Shown here: in pieces, positions 8,738-18,145 of the stretch
Layout of the letters: every line of letters starts with the position of its first letter
Position numbering within the stretch: position 1 is the stretch's first letter
DNA from: Dehalococcoidia bacterium
Lineage (GTDB): Bacteria > Chloroflexota > Dehalococcoidia > Lucifugimonadales > UBA1127
Assembly: GCA_029936935.1 (NCBI GenBank)
Contig: JAPYRQ010000002.1
Location: 226 to 64,225, forward strand
DNA: 64,000 bases
Direction: 5' to 3'
The notes under the pieces: model-generated
What the model was told of the DNA's origin: nothing
Databases searched by the model: none
What the model saw: only the letters and a program-made list of their open reading frames with translations
Translations under genes and position numbers: made by a program

Positions 8738-9994
8738 TCAACTCGATGGCGTATTGTCGCGTGGCGGCTCTGCTGTGTCTACAGCCTGTTCTTCCTCATG
8801 TTCGTATTCATGGATAGACATAATGGCACCTCGACGAAGCAGGGCGTTGATCACGATGCCTACTCCCCCGGAAGCGACCATTAGCGGAACGCCAAACTTT
8901 TCCCCGGCCACGCCCATGACGGCACCGCCCACCGCTGTGAAGGAGATGGCCAGGCTGTGCAGACTCACTGCACGTCCCCGCATGTTGGCTGGCGCAACTA
9001 GCTGAATGAGCACGCCCAGCGTCAGGTCGTAGGCGTTTAGGAATGCCATCACCGCGGCTGCCAGGAATATGGATAGCGGGAGGGACCGTGACAGTGCGAA
9101 AGCCGTCAGGGCTATGCCCGCGCCTACAGCATTCAAGAAAATAATTCGAGGTTTGTTCTTGGAATCGCCTTTAGCGGCCATGATGATAGTGGCCACAAAA
9201 AGCCCTGTTCCTACCCCTGCCTGGAGCAAGCCCATCCCAACAGCATCGACCTCCAGGACCGTCTTGGCCATCACCGGAATCATGACCAGGAAGGCGAACC
9301 CAAGGGTTTCCATGACTATACTGACGGTAAGGAGGACACGGAGGGAGGGGTTGGCTGCCGCATACTGGAGACCTTCCAGGGTTTGGCGCAGAATGTGGCC
9401 GCTGGAGGACTCCACCGTTCCCTTGACGCGGATCATCGCCAAAAACGGCAGAGAAACGACAAGGCTAACTGCAATCATAGCGTAGGCGGCCCAGATGCCA
9501 GTCCACTCGATCAGCAGGCCTGCAACCAACGCCCCGCCGATCATCATTGGCGTGTTGGAGACGCGCCAGAGCGATACGCCGTTCACGAGCTTGCTGGGTC
9601 CGACGAGATCATAGATGAACCGGTTTATCCCGGTGAACCGTGTGGCTCTGAGACAGCCGATGAAAAAGGCGAGGCCAATCGCCATCCAGAGCTCAATCAA
9701 ATCAAAATAGGTGGCTATTGCCATAAGGATAGCCATTGAGGTGCTGATGATGCCTTCGACGAGGAGCAGGTTCCTCCGTTGAAACCGGTCTGCAAGGGTT
9801 CCTGCAAGGGACGAAAACAGGAACTGCCCTATGCCTAACACCAGGGCGTAGATGCCTGTCCAGAAGGCGGAATCACCAGAGAGTTCCAGCACCAGCCACC
9901 CGTGCACGGCCATTCGGACGTTCATGTCCACCGCGGCAAAGGTGCTGTTGACGTAGAAGAGCTTGTAGCCCGGCGCTTTGAAGGAAGCCAGCAT
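8738..9994 (-). CDS. MFS transporter
   Basis: 418 aa, about 12 hydrophobic segments, and a loop motif (LADRFQRRNLL) between TM2 and TM3. Confidence 0.85.
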   Translation of the reverse strand: MLASFKAPGYKLFYVNSTFAAVDMNVRMAVHGWLVLELSGDSAFWTGIYALVLGIGQFLFSSLAGTLADRFQRRNLLLVEGIISTSMAILMAIATYFDLIELWMAIGLAFFIGCLRATRFTGINRFIYDLVGPSKLVNGVSLWRVSNTPMMIGGALVAGLLIEWTGIWAAYAMIAVSLVVSLPFLAMIRVKGTVESSSGHILRQTLEGLQYAAANPSLRVLLTVSIVMETLGFAFLVMIPVMAKTVLEVDAVGMGLLQAGVGTGLFVATIIMAAKGDSKNKPRIIFLNAVGAGIALTAFALSRSLPLSIFLAAAVMAFLNAYDLTLGVLIQLVAPANMRGRAVSLHSLAISFTAVGGAVMGVAGEKFGVPLMVASGGVGIVINALLRRGAIMSIHEYEHEEEQAVDTAEPPRDNTPSS

Positions 9995-10251
9995 TGCTTT
10001 TGGAGCAGAGTCGTTCAGAGGAAAGCCTCCGGGAGAATGACGGATTCAACGTTGCTGTGAATGGTAACAGAAACACGTCTGCCCTACCGATTGGCCCCTT
10101 CACACCGTGACGGTTGGCGAGGCAACTGGGGTCTAATGGCCCTGCGTCGCACTAACGCTTCTGAGTAGCATGACTTCATTGGTCAGGGGAGGGGACGCTT
10201 CACGTGTCGCGTAGGGACTGACACGGTGAAATAGGCAAGGAGGAGTGACCA

Positions 10252-11469
10252 ATGGGTGACCAACTGTGTATCTCAGCAGACTCGCACGTGGTGGAATCCG
10301 CAGAGTTCTTTGAGCCTCTGGCGGAGATGTTCGGAGAACGAGCGCCTCGCGTCGTCATCGATGATCCGGCAAAGGGCCCGCAACTCAGTCTTGGCGATGG
10401 CAGGCTTGGCCTCACTATCGCAGGGTTCTTCCAGCAGAACGTCGACTTCACATCACCGGAAGCGCGAGCACTGCTCGCCAAAGGCTACGAGCTAGCACGA
10501 CCCGGCTGCTATGATGTTGCCGAGCGGTTGAAGGACCAGGACCTGGACGGCCTGGACGCGGAAGTCATCTACCCCAGCGTCATCTTCAACGTCTACCAGG
10601 TGGAAGACCTGGACATCCTCAAGGCTACGTTCTCTCTCTACAACGACTGGGCTGCCGACTACTGCAAGCAGTTCCCGGCACGGCTCTTCCCTCTAGCGAG
10701 CGTTCAGCTCTATGACCTGGATGAAGCCATCAAGGAGATGGAGCGGGCGAAGGCTATGGGCCATGTGGGTCTTTCCATCCCGGCGAGCGCGCCACCCAAC
10801 CGTCGGTATTCTGACCCCTGGTACGACAAGTTCTGGGCAGCGGCACAGGACCTGGACATGTCCTTGAACATGCACATCTTCACTGGCGCAACTGCCAACC
10901 ACGGCATGCCTTTTGCTCAGGGCACCAGCGCACTTTCGTTTACCGGCGCTGCGTTCACTGTTGCAGACATCCTGCAGAGTGGCGTATGCGAGCGGTTCCC
11001 CAGGATCAAGTTCGTGATGACGGAGTTCGAGGCTGGCTGGGTCGGCATCACCCTGAAGCGACTTGATTGGGCGTACATCCGCGGTGGCGGCGAGCGCACG
11101 TTCGGCTTGCCAATGAAGCCCAGCGAGTACTGGCGCAGGAATTTCTGGGTCACCTTTGAGGACGACCCGCTAGGCATTATGACCAAGGACTTCATCGGTG
11201 TGGATACCATGATCTGGGGCAACGACTACCCCCACGGCGACTCTGTATTCCCACACTCACAGCAGGTGCTTAGCGAGATTCTGTCCGATTGCACACCTGA
11301 AGAGCGATGGAAGATGACCGTGAAGAACGCGGTGGAGCTCTACAATCTGCCCTTCAAGCTGGAGGGACCAGACCAGGCTAGAATCAACCACGTGCCTGTG
11401 CCGGAAGTGAAGAGTTGGCGGAACTCGCTGCCACTTGCAACCGTTGGTTCCGCAACACCAATGACCTAA
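10252..11469 (+). CDS. Amidohydrolase-2 family metal-dependent hydrolase/decarboxylase (ACMSD-like)
   Basis: 405 aa. It has an N-terminal ISADSHVVE metal-ligand motif and a C-terminal WGNDYPHGDS motif. AGGAGG precedes the ATG. Confidence 0.85.
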   Translation: MGDQLCISADSHVVESAEFFEPLAEMFGERAPRVVIDDPAKGPQLSLGDGRLGLTIAGFFQQNVDFTSPEARALLAKGYELARPGCYDVAERLKDQDLDGLDAEVIYPSVIFNVYQVEDLDILKATFSLYNDWAADYCKQFPARLFPLASVQLYDLDEAIKEMERAKAMGHVGLSIPASAPPNRRYSDPWYDKFWAAAQDLDMSLNMHIFTGATANHGMPFAQGTSALSFTGAAFTVADILQSGVCERFPRIKFVMTEFEAGWVGITLKRLDWAYIRGGGERTFGLPMKPSEYWRRNFWVTFEDDPLGIMTKDFIGVDTMIWGNDYPHGDSVFPHSQQVLSEILSDCTPEERWKMTVKNAVELYNLPFKLEGPDQARINHVPVPEVKSWRNSLPLATVGSATPMT

Positions 11470-11520
11470 ACCCGTTGCCAGGGAAGAAGAGGGAGGGCAT
11501 GCCCTCCCTCTTCTTTGTGT

Positions 11521-13143
11521 CTACAGATTGAGGATATTCCCTTGCGCATCTACGTCCAAAGCCTTGGGCGAGCTCGGAAGCCCCGGCATGGTCACGATGT
11601 TCCCAGCGATAGGGTAGATGAACCCTGCGCCCACGGACGCCCGCACGTCTGACACCTCAAATGTATAGCCGGATGGTCGACCCTTCAGCGATGCCAGGTG
11701 GGAGATGGAGGAGTTGGTCTTGGCCATGCAGACGGGGAGTTCACCCCAACCATTGGCCTCATACCCCCGGAGCGTGCGCAGCGCGGAGGGACTCCAGGAA
11801 ACATCGTCGGCGTTGTAGACCGTGTGGGCCAGAGCCAGCACTTTGTCCTGAATGGATGCTTCTACCGGGTAGAGGTACTTGATCTCCGGTGTCGGCCCCT
11901 CGGTGGCCTTGATCAGGGCTTGCGCCAGTTCGATGGCACCTGCGCCACCCTCTGCGAACACCCGACTCTCCACAGCGGCGAATGCGCCAGCATCCTCTGA
12001 ACCTTGTTTGACGATGGCCTTCTCAGCAGCGGTGTCAGTGGGGAAGTGGTTGATGGCCACAACAACAGGCAGGCCCATTGCCTTCACCACGCCTATCAGG
12101 TGGGTCAGGTTCTCCATGCCCTTACGGACAGCGTCCTCGTTTGGCGTGTCCAGTTCCTTTGTTGGTACACCGCCGTGGGACTTCACAGCTCGCACTGTAG
12201 CTACAAGAACAGCCGCGTCAGGCTCCAGGTCGTTGAAACGCGCCTTGATGTGCATGAACTTCTCGAACCCAAGGTCAGCACCGAATCCTGCTTCTGAAAG
12301 GACGAAGTCGGCGTACCCCAGAGCCAGCTTGTCGCCCACCACTGAACTGCATCCGTGGGCGATGTTGCCGAAGGGGCCAGTGTGGACGATGACCGGCTGG
12401 CCCTCCGTGGTCTGCACCAGGTTTGGCAGGATTGCGTGGCGCAGCAGGGACATGAGGGAACCGACGGCATTCACGTCCGTAGCGGTCACCGGGATTTTTT
12501 CGGTGGTATAGCCGACCACGATTTTGCTTAACCTCTCGCGAAGGTTGTCCAGGCTACTTGCTAGGGCGAGGATGGCCATGATTTCTGAGGCGGTGACAAT
12601 ATCGAAACCGCTTTCGCGCATCGGAGCGTTGGCTGACCCGCCGATGCCCGTCACGATACTTCGTAAAGCGCGGTCTTCCACGTCGGTGACGCGACGCCAG
12701 GTGATGCCCTCCGCTCGGAAGCCGGGAATCAGGCCGCGCTGGGCAACGTTGTCGGTTAATGCGCCCAGGAGGTTGTGAGCGGAGCCTACGGCGTGGGCAT
12801 CGCCAGTGAAGTGGATGTTCACCTCATCCTGTGGCTCTACCAGAGACAATCCGCCCCCGGTGCCGCCGCCCTTGATGCCGAAGATGGGGCCGAGCGATGG
12901 TTCACGGAGGGTAGCGACCACCTTCTTGCCGAGTCGACCAAAGGCTTGAGTCAGGCCCACCACGGTTGTGGTCTTCCCTTCGCCAGCGGGTGTTGGTGTG
13001 ATGCCTGTTACCACTACCATCTTTCCCCGCTTGCCGCCTGTGCGGATGGCCTCCAGGGGTATTTTTGCTTTGTAATGGCCCTGAGGAATGAGAATAGTAG
13101 GGTCAAGGCCTAGGTCCTGGGCAACTTCTGCAATCGGTCGCAT
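11521..13143 (-). CDS. fhs: Formate--tetrahydrofolate ligase
   Basis: 540 aa with the P-loop TPTPAGEGKTTTVVGL and strong conservation of FTHFS-family blocks along the full length. Confidence 0.95.
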   Translation of the reverse strand: MRPIAEVAQDLGLDPTILIPQGHYKAKIPLEAIRTGGKRGKMVVVTGITPTPAGEGKTTTVVGLTQAFGRLGKKVVATLREPSLGPIFGIKGGGTGGGLSLVEPQDEVNIHFTGDAHAVGSAHNLLGALTDNVAQRGLIPGFRAEGITWRRVTDVEDRALRSIVTGIGGSANAPMRESGFDIVTASEIMAILALASSLDNLRERLSKIVVGYTTEKIPVTATDVNAVGSLMSLLRHAILPNLVQTTEGQPVIVHTGPFGNIAHGCSSVVGDKLALGYADFVLSEAGFGADLGFEKFMHIKARFNDLEPDAAVLVATVRAVKSHGGVPTKELDTPNEDAVRKGMENLTHLIGVVKAMGLPVVVAINHFPTDTAAEKAIVKQGSEDAGAFAAVESRVFAEGGAGAIELAQALIKATEGPTPEIKYLYPVEASIQDKVLALAHTVYNADDVSWSPSALRTLRGYEANGWGELPVCMAKTNSSISHLASLKGRPSGYTFEVSDVRASVGAGFIYPIAGNIVTMPGLPSSPKALDVDAQGNILNL

Positions 13144-13236
13144 ATGTTTATTCGCGGCTAATGGCCAGGTGGGGGGAACGGCTGCCGCTACTTCCTCCGG
13201 TGTTCGTTGGTTTGATGCTCACCATTCTACGACAAA

Positions 13237-13270
13237 CCGCCCTCAGGCTGCATGTTCAGCCTGAGGGCGG
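13237..13270 (-). terminator. Intrinsic terminator-like hairpin
   Basis: Perfect 14-bp stem CCGCCCTCAGGCTG / CAGCCTGAGGGCGG with a 6-nt loop, just downstream of the minus-strand stop at 13295. Confidence 0.6.
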
Positions 13271-13294
13271 TAGTGACTCAATGTTGGGTTGGGC

Positions 13295-14086
13295 TTAGCG
13301 ACGGAACTTCACTCGTCCGTCCGGTGTGCCACCGTCTACTTGATCCAGGTCAATGATGACCGCCGCGCCGGCTTCCCATGATTCATGGTTCTGCTCAACC
13401 TCTGGCGATTCGTCAAAGATCTGCTTGCGCACGGCCGGGTCGGCATCTACACGTGCTGTGCCCTGCAGGATGATGGTGGAACGCGTGGGGTTATCGCGGA
13501 ACAGGAAGGACATGCTCGGATTGGTGGCTACAGCCGATGCCAACCCCGAGTCCTTGCGTGCCCAGATACTCAGCGAGTGGTCGCCGTACGTCCGGACGCT
13601 GCCTCGCAGGGAAATCTTCGGCTTACCATCGGCACCCACGTAGGTGACGGACAGGGGTATATCGTTGGCCAACGCCGAGTTGATTCGACTTGAGATGAAG
13701 TCCGGTAGAACATCCGTCTCAACCAGTTGGGTCTTTACAATGTTCTCAACGTTGACCTTGTTGATCTGGTCTGAATCGTTGAAACCAAAGGTGACGTTTA
13801 CCTCTGCGGGACCGGCACCTACGGGCTTCATGGTCGCATTGACTACAACGTCGGAGCCTGCCTCCTTGGCTGCGCCCCATGTGCCGTTGCGATACACGGG
13901 TGTCTGTGGCCATACGCCGGTGATGCGACTCAATACCTCGTCGTGTCCCTCAAACGTGCGGTTCCCCACTGTGGATACGACGTCACTTGCGATGTGTTTG
14001 GCAGCGGCTGCCGCTGCGCCTTTGTCCCCGGTGGCTAGTGCCTTTGCGTATGCATCAGCCGCTGCCAATCGTTCCTTTGTAGCCAT
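13295..14086 (-). CDS. Two-domain protein: N-terminal unknown (possibly NTF2/SnoaL-like) domain plus C-terminal pyridoxamine-5'-phosphate-oxidase-like (FMN/F420 split-barrel) domain
   Basis: 263 aa. The C-terminal half (LSVTYVGADGKPKISLRGSV...FLFRDNPTRSTIILQGTARV) resembles PNPOx-family split barrels. The N-terminal domain call is weak. Confidence 0.55.
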   Translation of the reverse strand: MATKERLAAADAYAKALATGDKGAAAAAAKHIASDVVSTVGNRTFEGHDEVLSRITGVWPQTPVYRNGTWGAAKEAGSDVVVNATMKPVGAGPAEVNVTFGFNDSDQINKVNVENIVKTQLVETDVLPDFISSRINSALANDIPLSVTYVGADGKPKISLRGSVRTYGDHSLSIWARKDSGLASAVATNPSMSFLFRDNPTRSTIILQGTARVDADPAVRKQIFDESPEVEQNHESWEAGAAVIIDLDQVDGGTPDGRVKFRR

Positions 14087-14231
14087 GATGTTCTCCCCCT
14101 CTGTTTTGTGCTTGTTATGGTAGCCGGAAACCCCACAGAAATTACTCCGCGACGAGAATCTTCGGCGGCAAAAATGCTACTGCCGCAGGGTTTCTAGGTC
14201 AAGTGCATCTAATGAATAGTATGTATTCCAG

Positions 14232-15302
14232 CTAGACACGTCCTTGTATCTCAGGTCCGTCTACGGCGTATCGATGGGCGCGGAATATCGCCCGATTACG
14301 CTTGTCGCCCCGCCAGGGGAAGGTCTCCGGGTTCATGTACTCCCACACGATCTCGCCCTCTGTGGTCACCTCAACCAGTCGACCGGTGCGACCATCACAG
14401 ATGAAAGTGTTGCCGTTGGGGAGCCGTTGCGCGCCGCTGATGCCTGTGCTGAACAGCGATAGCGGCGGGTCTCCGCGATACTGCCAGACGATCTCGCTGG
14501 TCTTGGGGTCAAGCTCCACAACGCGGGAAAAGCAACCGCCTCGAACGCGGTGCTCTCCGTTGTCGAATACCAGGATATTCCCGTTTTCCAGTTGGGTAGG
14601 GTTGTGCTGGTGGGAGAACTCTCCGGGGCCGAACCGCCATTTGACGTCGCCGGTGAATTTGTCGACGATGAGGATGGTGCTGGTCTGGCGGAAGCTCAGC
14701 AGCAGGTTTCCATCCTGCAGCTCCGTCACGCCGTTGCAGTGCGTCCACTCGTGTCGTCCTTCAAGGGAGCATATGACCTCATGGGCAGGATCAAGGTGGT
14801 CTGAACCGTGCCATTCCCACGCCGTGGAGCCATCGGGTGCAAGTTCACGCAGGTAGTCGCTGACAACTTCGTGCTCTTCCTCGCCAGGAGCTACCGCTCC
14901 GCCCTGAATCTTAGCTACAAGCTCTCGCGCCAACGGCTCCCAGCCTATGACCATCGTGTTGCCGTTTTTTAGTATCTCGTGGTCATGGTGGATTGCCGGG
15001 TTGTCGTATCGCCAGACCACATTGCTGTCCCAATCCAGCTCGACGATGGTGGCGCTTGCCCCACCGAACTTCCACTGCTCCTCGCCGGATTGGCATCGTA
15101 GGGACAGGTTGCCGTTGGGGAGCATGAATCCGTAGTAAGGCTCCAATGGTGCAGGGGGAGTCCAAGTATGGACGACCACCCCCTCCATATCGACGAGGTT
15201 GACGTGGTCAGACCCAAAAGTGGTGTACACCGTTACGCCGGGGAATGCTTTCTCGCGGTCCCAGTGCGTGGTACCAGTGGAGCCGAATATTGGAAATCCC
15301 AT
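14232..15302 (-). CDS. Arylsulfotransferase (ASST)-like beta-propeller protein, no signal peptide
   Basis: 356 aa with repeated NGN-type blade motifs (LPNGNLSL, LKNGNTMVIG, LQDGNLLLS, LENGNILVFDNG, LPNGNTFICD) as in Arylsulfotran_2-type proteins. AGGAG precedes the ATG. Confidence 0.6.
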   Translation of the reverse strand: MGFPIFGSTGTTHWDREKAFPGVTVYTTFGSDHVNLVDMEGVVVHTWTPPAPLEPYYGFMLPNGNLSLRCQSGEEQWKFGGASATIVELDWDSNVVWRYDNPAIHHDHEILKNGNTMVIGWEPLARELVAKIQGGAVAPGEEEHEVVSDYLRELAPDGSTAWEWHGSDHLDPAHEVICSLEGRHEWTHCNGVTELQDGNLLLSFRQTSTILIVDKFTGDVKWRFGPGEFSHQHNPTQLENGNILVFDNGEHRVRGGCFSRVVELDPKTSEIVWQYRGDPPLSLFSTGISGAQRLPNGNTFICDGRTGRLVEVTTEGEIVWEYMNPETFPWRGDKRNRAIFRAHRYAVDGPEIQGRV

Positions 15303-15327
15303 GTGCTATCTCCTATCGATGATGTCG

Positions 15328-16617
15328 TCAGTCTTTGACAATCGAATTTGCTTCGTTGGCTGGCTGTTCTATGCCCATGCCCCGGATCGCTTTGTCTCGG
15401 CCTATCCCAACAATTGCGATGATGCATGCAATCGTCCCGCCGATAGCCACCGCGGCGGATGCACCGATGCCGCTTGCCAGTGCGCCTACCTGCATTTGCC
15501 CCATAGGTTGGGCCAGCGTGTAGGTCATTCCCCATATGCCCATGACTCTACCGCGATACTCGTTCGGCACCTCAGAATGGAGGATACTCTGCCCAATGAC
15601 GGTGAACATCTCGTTGCCTGCAGCGGACAGCCACTCCATCGCCAGGAGCAGCGCGTACCAGGGAGACAGGGCGAAGACGATGACCGATCCGCCGAAAGCC
15701 AGTGCACTGCCCACCAGGATACGGCCCTTGCTTCGCTTGCTTCCGATGGAGCCGCCGACTATTGCTCCCGTCAGCCCGCCGACACCTCCCGCAGCGAAGA
15801 TGTAGCTGATGGCAGACCCTGAGGCCTCTCCCATCAACTCTTTCGCAAAGATAGGAATCAATGCAATGTGAGCGCCCGCAAAGAAGGCGTTCATCAGACT
15901 GGTGCCTATAATGAGCCGGAATATGCGGTTATTGCGCACGTACTTGATGCCGTCCTTCAAATCCTCAAGTCCTGAAGCGCCTTGAGCACGCTGTACTGCG
16001 CGCGGCCTGGTGCGGAAGACCATGAAGCTGTAGAAGACGGTGCCGATGGAAACCATGTACAACACTACCCCAGCACCTTGCAATGGAACCCCCAGGTGGT
16101 CAATGAGCAATCCTGCTACCACCGGGGCAAAGATGCGCGCACCAGGGTGGATAGCCGAGTTCAGTCCTACCGCGCTGGACATGTGTTGATGGTCGATTAG
16201 GCTGGAGAAAAAAGCCTGGCGTGATGCTTGCTGGAAAGACTGGACTGCGCCGATACCGAATACGATGGCTAGTACCTGCCAAACTTCAATGTTTTCCGTG
16301 AAGGTAAGCGTAGCGAATAGTGTCCAGAGGAAGCCGTTCATCGTGATGGTAATCATCAACAGGCGTCGCTGGTTGACCTTGTCAGCCATGATGCCCCCCA
16401 GCAGGCCAAGGAACACGGCAGGCGCCGCGCGAGCTAGGCCCAGTAGCCCGAGCGATAGCGCTGAGCCTGTCAGGTCAAAAATCAACCACGCCTGAACAGT
16501 GATGGCCATCTGCTGGCCGATGACCGATGAGAAGTTTCCAGCCCAGTACAGCCGGAAATTCCGGTGTTGCAGCGCCTGGGTTATGGCGAATTTTTGAGCA
16601 AGAGTGTTGATGAGCAT
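15328..16617 (-). CDS. MFS transporter
   Basis: 429 aa, multi-pass hydrophobic profile, and the motif GGIMADKVNQRRLL after TM2. Confidence 0.85.
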   Translation of the reverse strand: MLINTLAQKFAITQALQHRNFRLYWAGNFSSVIGQQMAITVQAWLIFDLTGSALSLGLLGLARAAPAVFLGLLGGIMADKVNQRRLLMITITMNGFLWTLFATLTFTENIEVWQVLAIVFGIGAVQSFQQASRQAFFSSLIDHQHMSSAVGLNSAIHPGARIFAPVVAGLLIDHLGVPLQGAGVVLYMVSIGTVFYSFMVFRTRPRAVQRAQGASGLEDLKDGIKYVRNNRIFRLIIGTSLMNAFFAGAHIALIPIFAKELMGEASGSAISYIFAAGGVGGLTGAIVGGSIGSKRSKGRILVGSALAFGGSVIVFALSPWYALLLAMEWLSAAGNEMFTVIGQSILHSEVPNEYRGRVMGIWGMTYTLAQPMGQMQVGALASGIGASAAVAIGGTIACIIAIVGIGRDKAIRGMGIEQPANEANSIVKD

Positions 16618-16741
16618 AGTTATGCTGGATTCCAGTGGTAGAAGGCATCTCAGATTGAGAGCGTCCTACGCCTTTGCCATATTGTCCGTCTAGAAACTGG
16701 AGCGATGGCCTCCATCTCTTCCGTTGGGGTTAGTGAAAGCA

Positions 16742-16771
16742 ATAGACCTCCACATTCGTGTGGAGGTCTAT
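16742..16771 (-). terminator. Intrinsic terminator-like hairpin ending the Rieske block
   Basis: Perfect 13-bp stem ATAGACCTCCACA / TGTGGAGGTCTAT with a TTCG loop, 69 nt downstream of the stop at 16840. Confidence 0.65.
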
Positions 16772-16839
16772 CAACCAACGGGGGTGACCGCGTTGGCTTG
16801 GTCAGTTCCGCGCTAACGATTTCGCTCTAAAGAGTATTG

Positions 16840-18120
16840 CTATCTCGACTTGTTCAGCACGAAAGGCACTGTGTCATTAAATGAAATCTCACGATCTTGC
16901 AGAAGTGACACAGAGCGCAAGCGGTAATCGGACCCCTTTTCAGGGGTGAAAGGCTCGCCACCCTCCATAATTTCGCGGGCACCTCTTAGGTAGACTCTGC
17001 GCAGGTTGATGATAGCGGAGTCTGATGTCCCCAGGTGCTCTTTTGTCCTGTCACAGATGGCACCCATACCCTCTTGGATGCCGGCGTCCTGCACGGAACC
17101 GTTGGCAATGCCCGTGTAGTTCACGTTGCGCTGCATTTCACGGTCAATGCCGTAATCGTTGTCACGGTTGATGGTTGCCCGCATGGTGCGAGGCTCCAAC
17201 TCCAGATCGCTGGCGGGATGGTTCTCACCCTTGTTCAGAGGCCTACTGGCGTTCCAGCTATAGGTGAACATCCAGCAGTTCTCGTCGTCTGCCGGAATCC
17301 ATCCGTGGCCGCTGTAGGTCAGGTCATCGGCGTTGCCGATAGAACCCGGAATGATCGTGAAGAAAGGCATCATGAACGGGGTGATGCGCCAGTAGTACTC
17401 ATCGTTCTCGGCGTCGCGATTGGCACCGTATACGAAACCGTAGTTGGTGTCCTGCACCACGAATCGCGGGGCACTGTCACCGATCATGGCTGTTGGCTGC
17501 ATGACGCCGTTGCGCACCGGGCGCGCTTCCGGGTGGTCTCGCTGATAGGGCGTCAGGCCAGCGTGGAGGAAGGAGACGTGGCTAGAGTCGATGCCACCCT
17601 CGATGCCCTGCACGTAGTTGTTCTCTTGGAGTCGTCGTGACACCTTGCGATGGCTGTCAGGCACCATGGCCCAACCCACTTCTGGAAGGTCTGGTTGAAG
17701 TTCCGCGGGGCCCATGTACGCCCAGATGAAACCGCCCCAGTCGCGTGCTGGATATGCCGTGATCTTTACTTTGTCCTTGAAGTTGCTCTCCGCTGGCTCA
17801 CTGGGCATGTCTACGCAATCCCCGTTAGTGTCAAACTTCCAGCCGTGGTACACGCAGCGCAGACCGCATTCTTCGTTTCGACCGAAGAACATGCTGGCAC
17901 GACGGTGGGGGCAATAGTTATCGATGAGGCCCACATCACCGTTGGTGTCGCGGAACGCCACTAGCTCCTCATTGAGAATCTTGACGCGTACCGGAGGGCT
18001 GTCCGGCTCTGCAATCTCGTCGGAGCACAGTGCAGGAATCCAGAACCGTCGGAGGTAGTCCCCCATCGGGGTGCTGGGACCGGTCTTACAGATGAGTTCG
18101 TTATCGTTTTGGGTCAGCAT
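16840..18120 (-). CDS. Rieske [2Fe-2S] non-heme-iron oxygenase, alpha-only (phthalate/KshA/VanA-type family), paralog A
   Basis: 426 aa. Rieske motif CPHRRASMFFGRNEECGLRCVYH (CxH-x16-CxxH) and mononuclear Fe motif GGIDSSHVSFLH (D-x2-H-x4-H). AGGAGGG precedes the ATG. Confidence 0.9.
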   Translation of the reverse strand: MLTQNDNELICKTGPSTPMGDYLRRFWIPALCSDEIAEPDSPPVRVKILNEELVAFRDTNGDVGLIDNYCPHRRASMFFGRNEECGLRCVYHGWKFDTNGDCVDMPSEPAESNFKDKVKITAYPARDWGGFIWAYMGPAELQPDLPEVGWAMVPDSHRKVSRRLQENNYVQGIEGGIDSSHVSFLHAGLTPYQRDHPEARPVRNGVMQPTAMIGDSAPRFVVQDTNYGFVYGANRDAENDEYYWRITPFMMPFFTIIPGSIGNADDLTYSGHGWIPADDENCWMFTYSWNASRPLNKGENHPASDLELEPRTMRATINRDNDYGIDREMQRNVNYTGIANGSVQDAGIQEGMGAICDRTKEHLGTSDSAIINLRRVYLRGAREIMEGGEPFTPEKGSDYRLRSVSLLQDREISFNDTVPFVLNKSR

Positions 18121-18145
18121 GTGTCCCTCCTTTGAGTATATGGGT

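Noticed and set aside
11879-12511. 210-aa + strand ORF inside fhs.
   Set aside because: It is antisense to a strongly conserved formate-THF ligase and has a low-complexity Ala/Ser/Thr/Pro-rich translation.
17035-17640. Long + strand ORFs antisense to the Rieske genes (17035-17640, 22281-22886, 23648-24442, 24817-25365, 26409-26825). Their translations look conserved with one another (for example ...ELPAVVHAAQ.FFVSTEEHA.TTVGAIVIDEA).
   Set aside because: They mirror the conserved Rieske-motif segment of the sense strand, so their similarity is a by-product of sense-strand conservation. They have no SD sequences, and the sense frames carry complete catalytic motifs.
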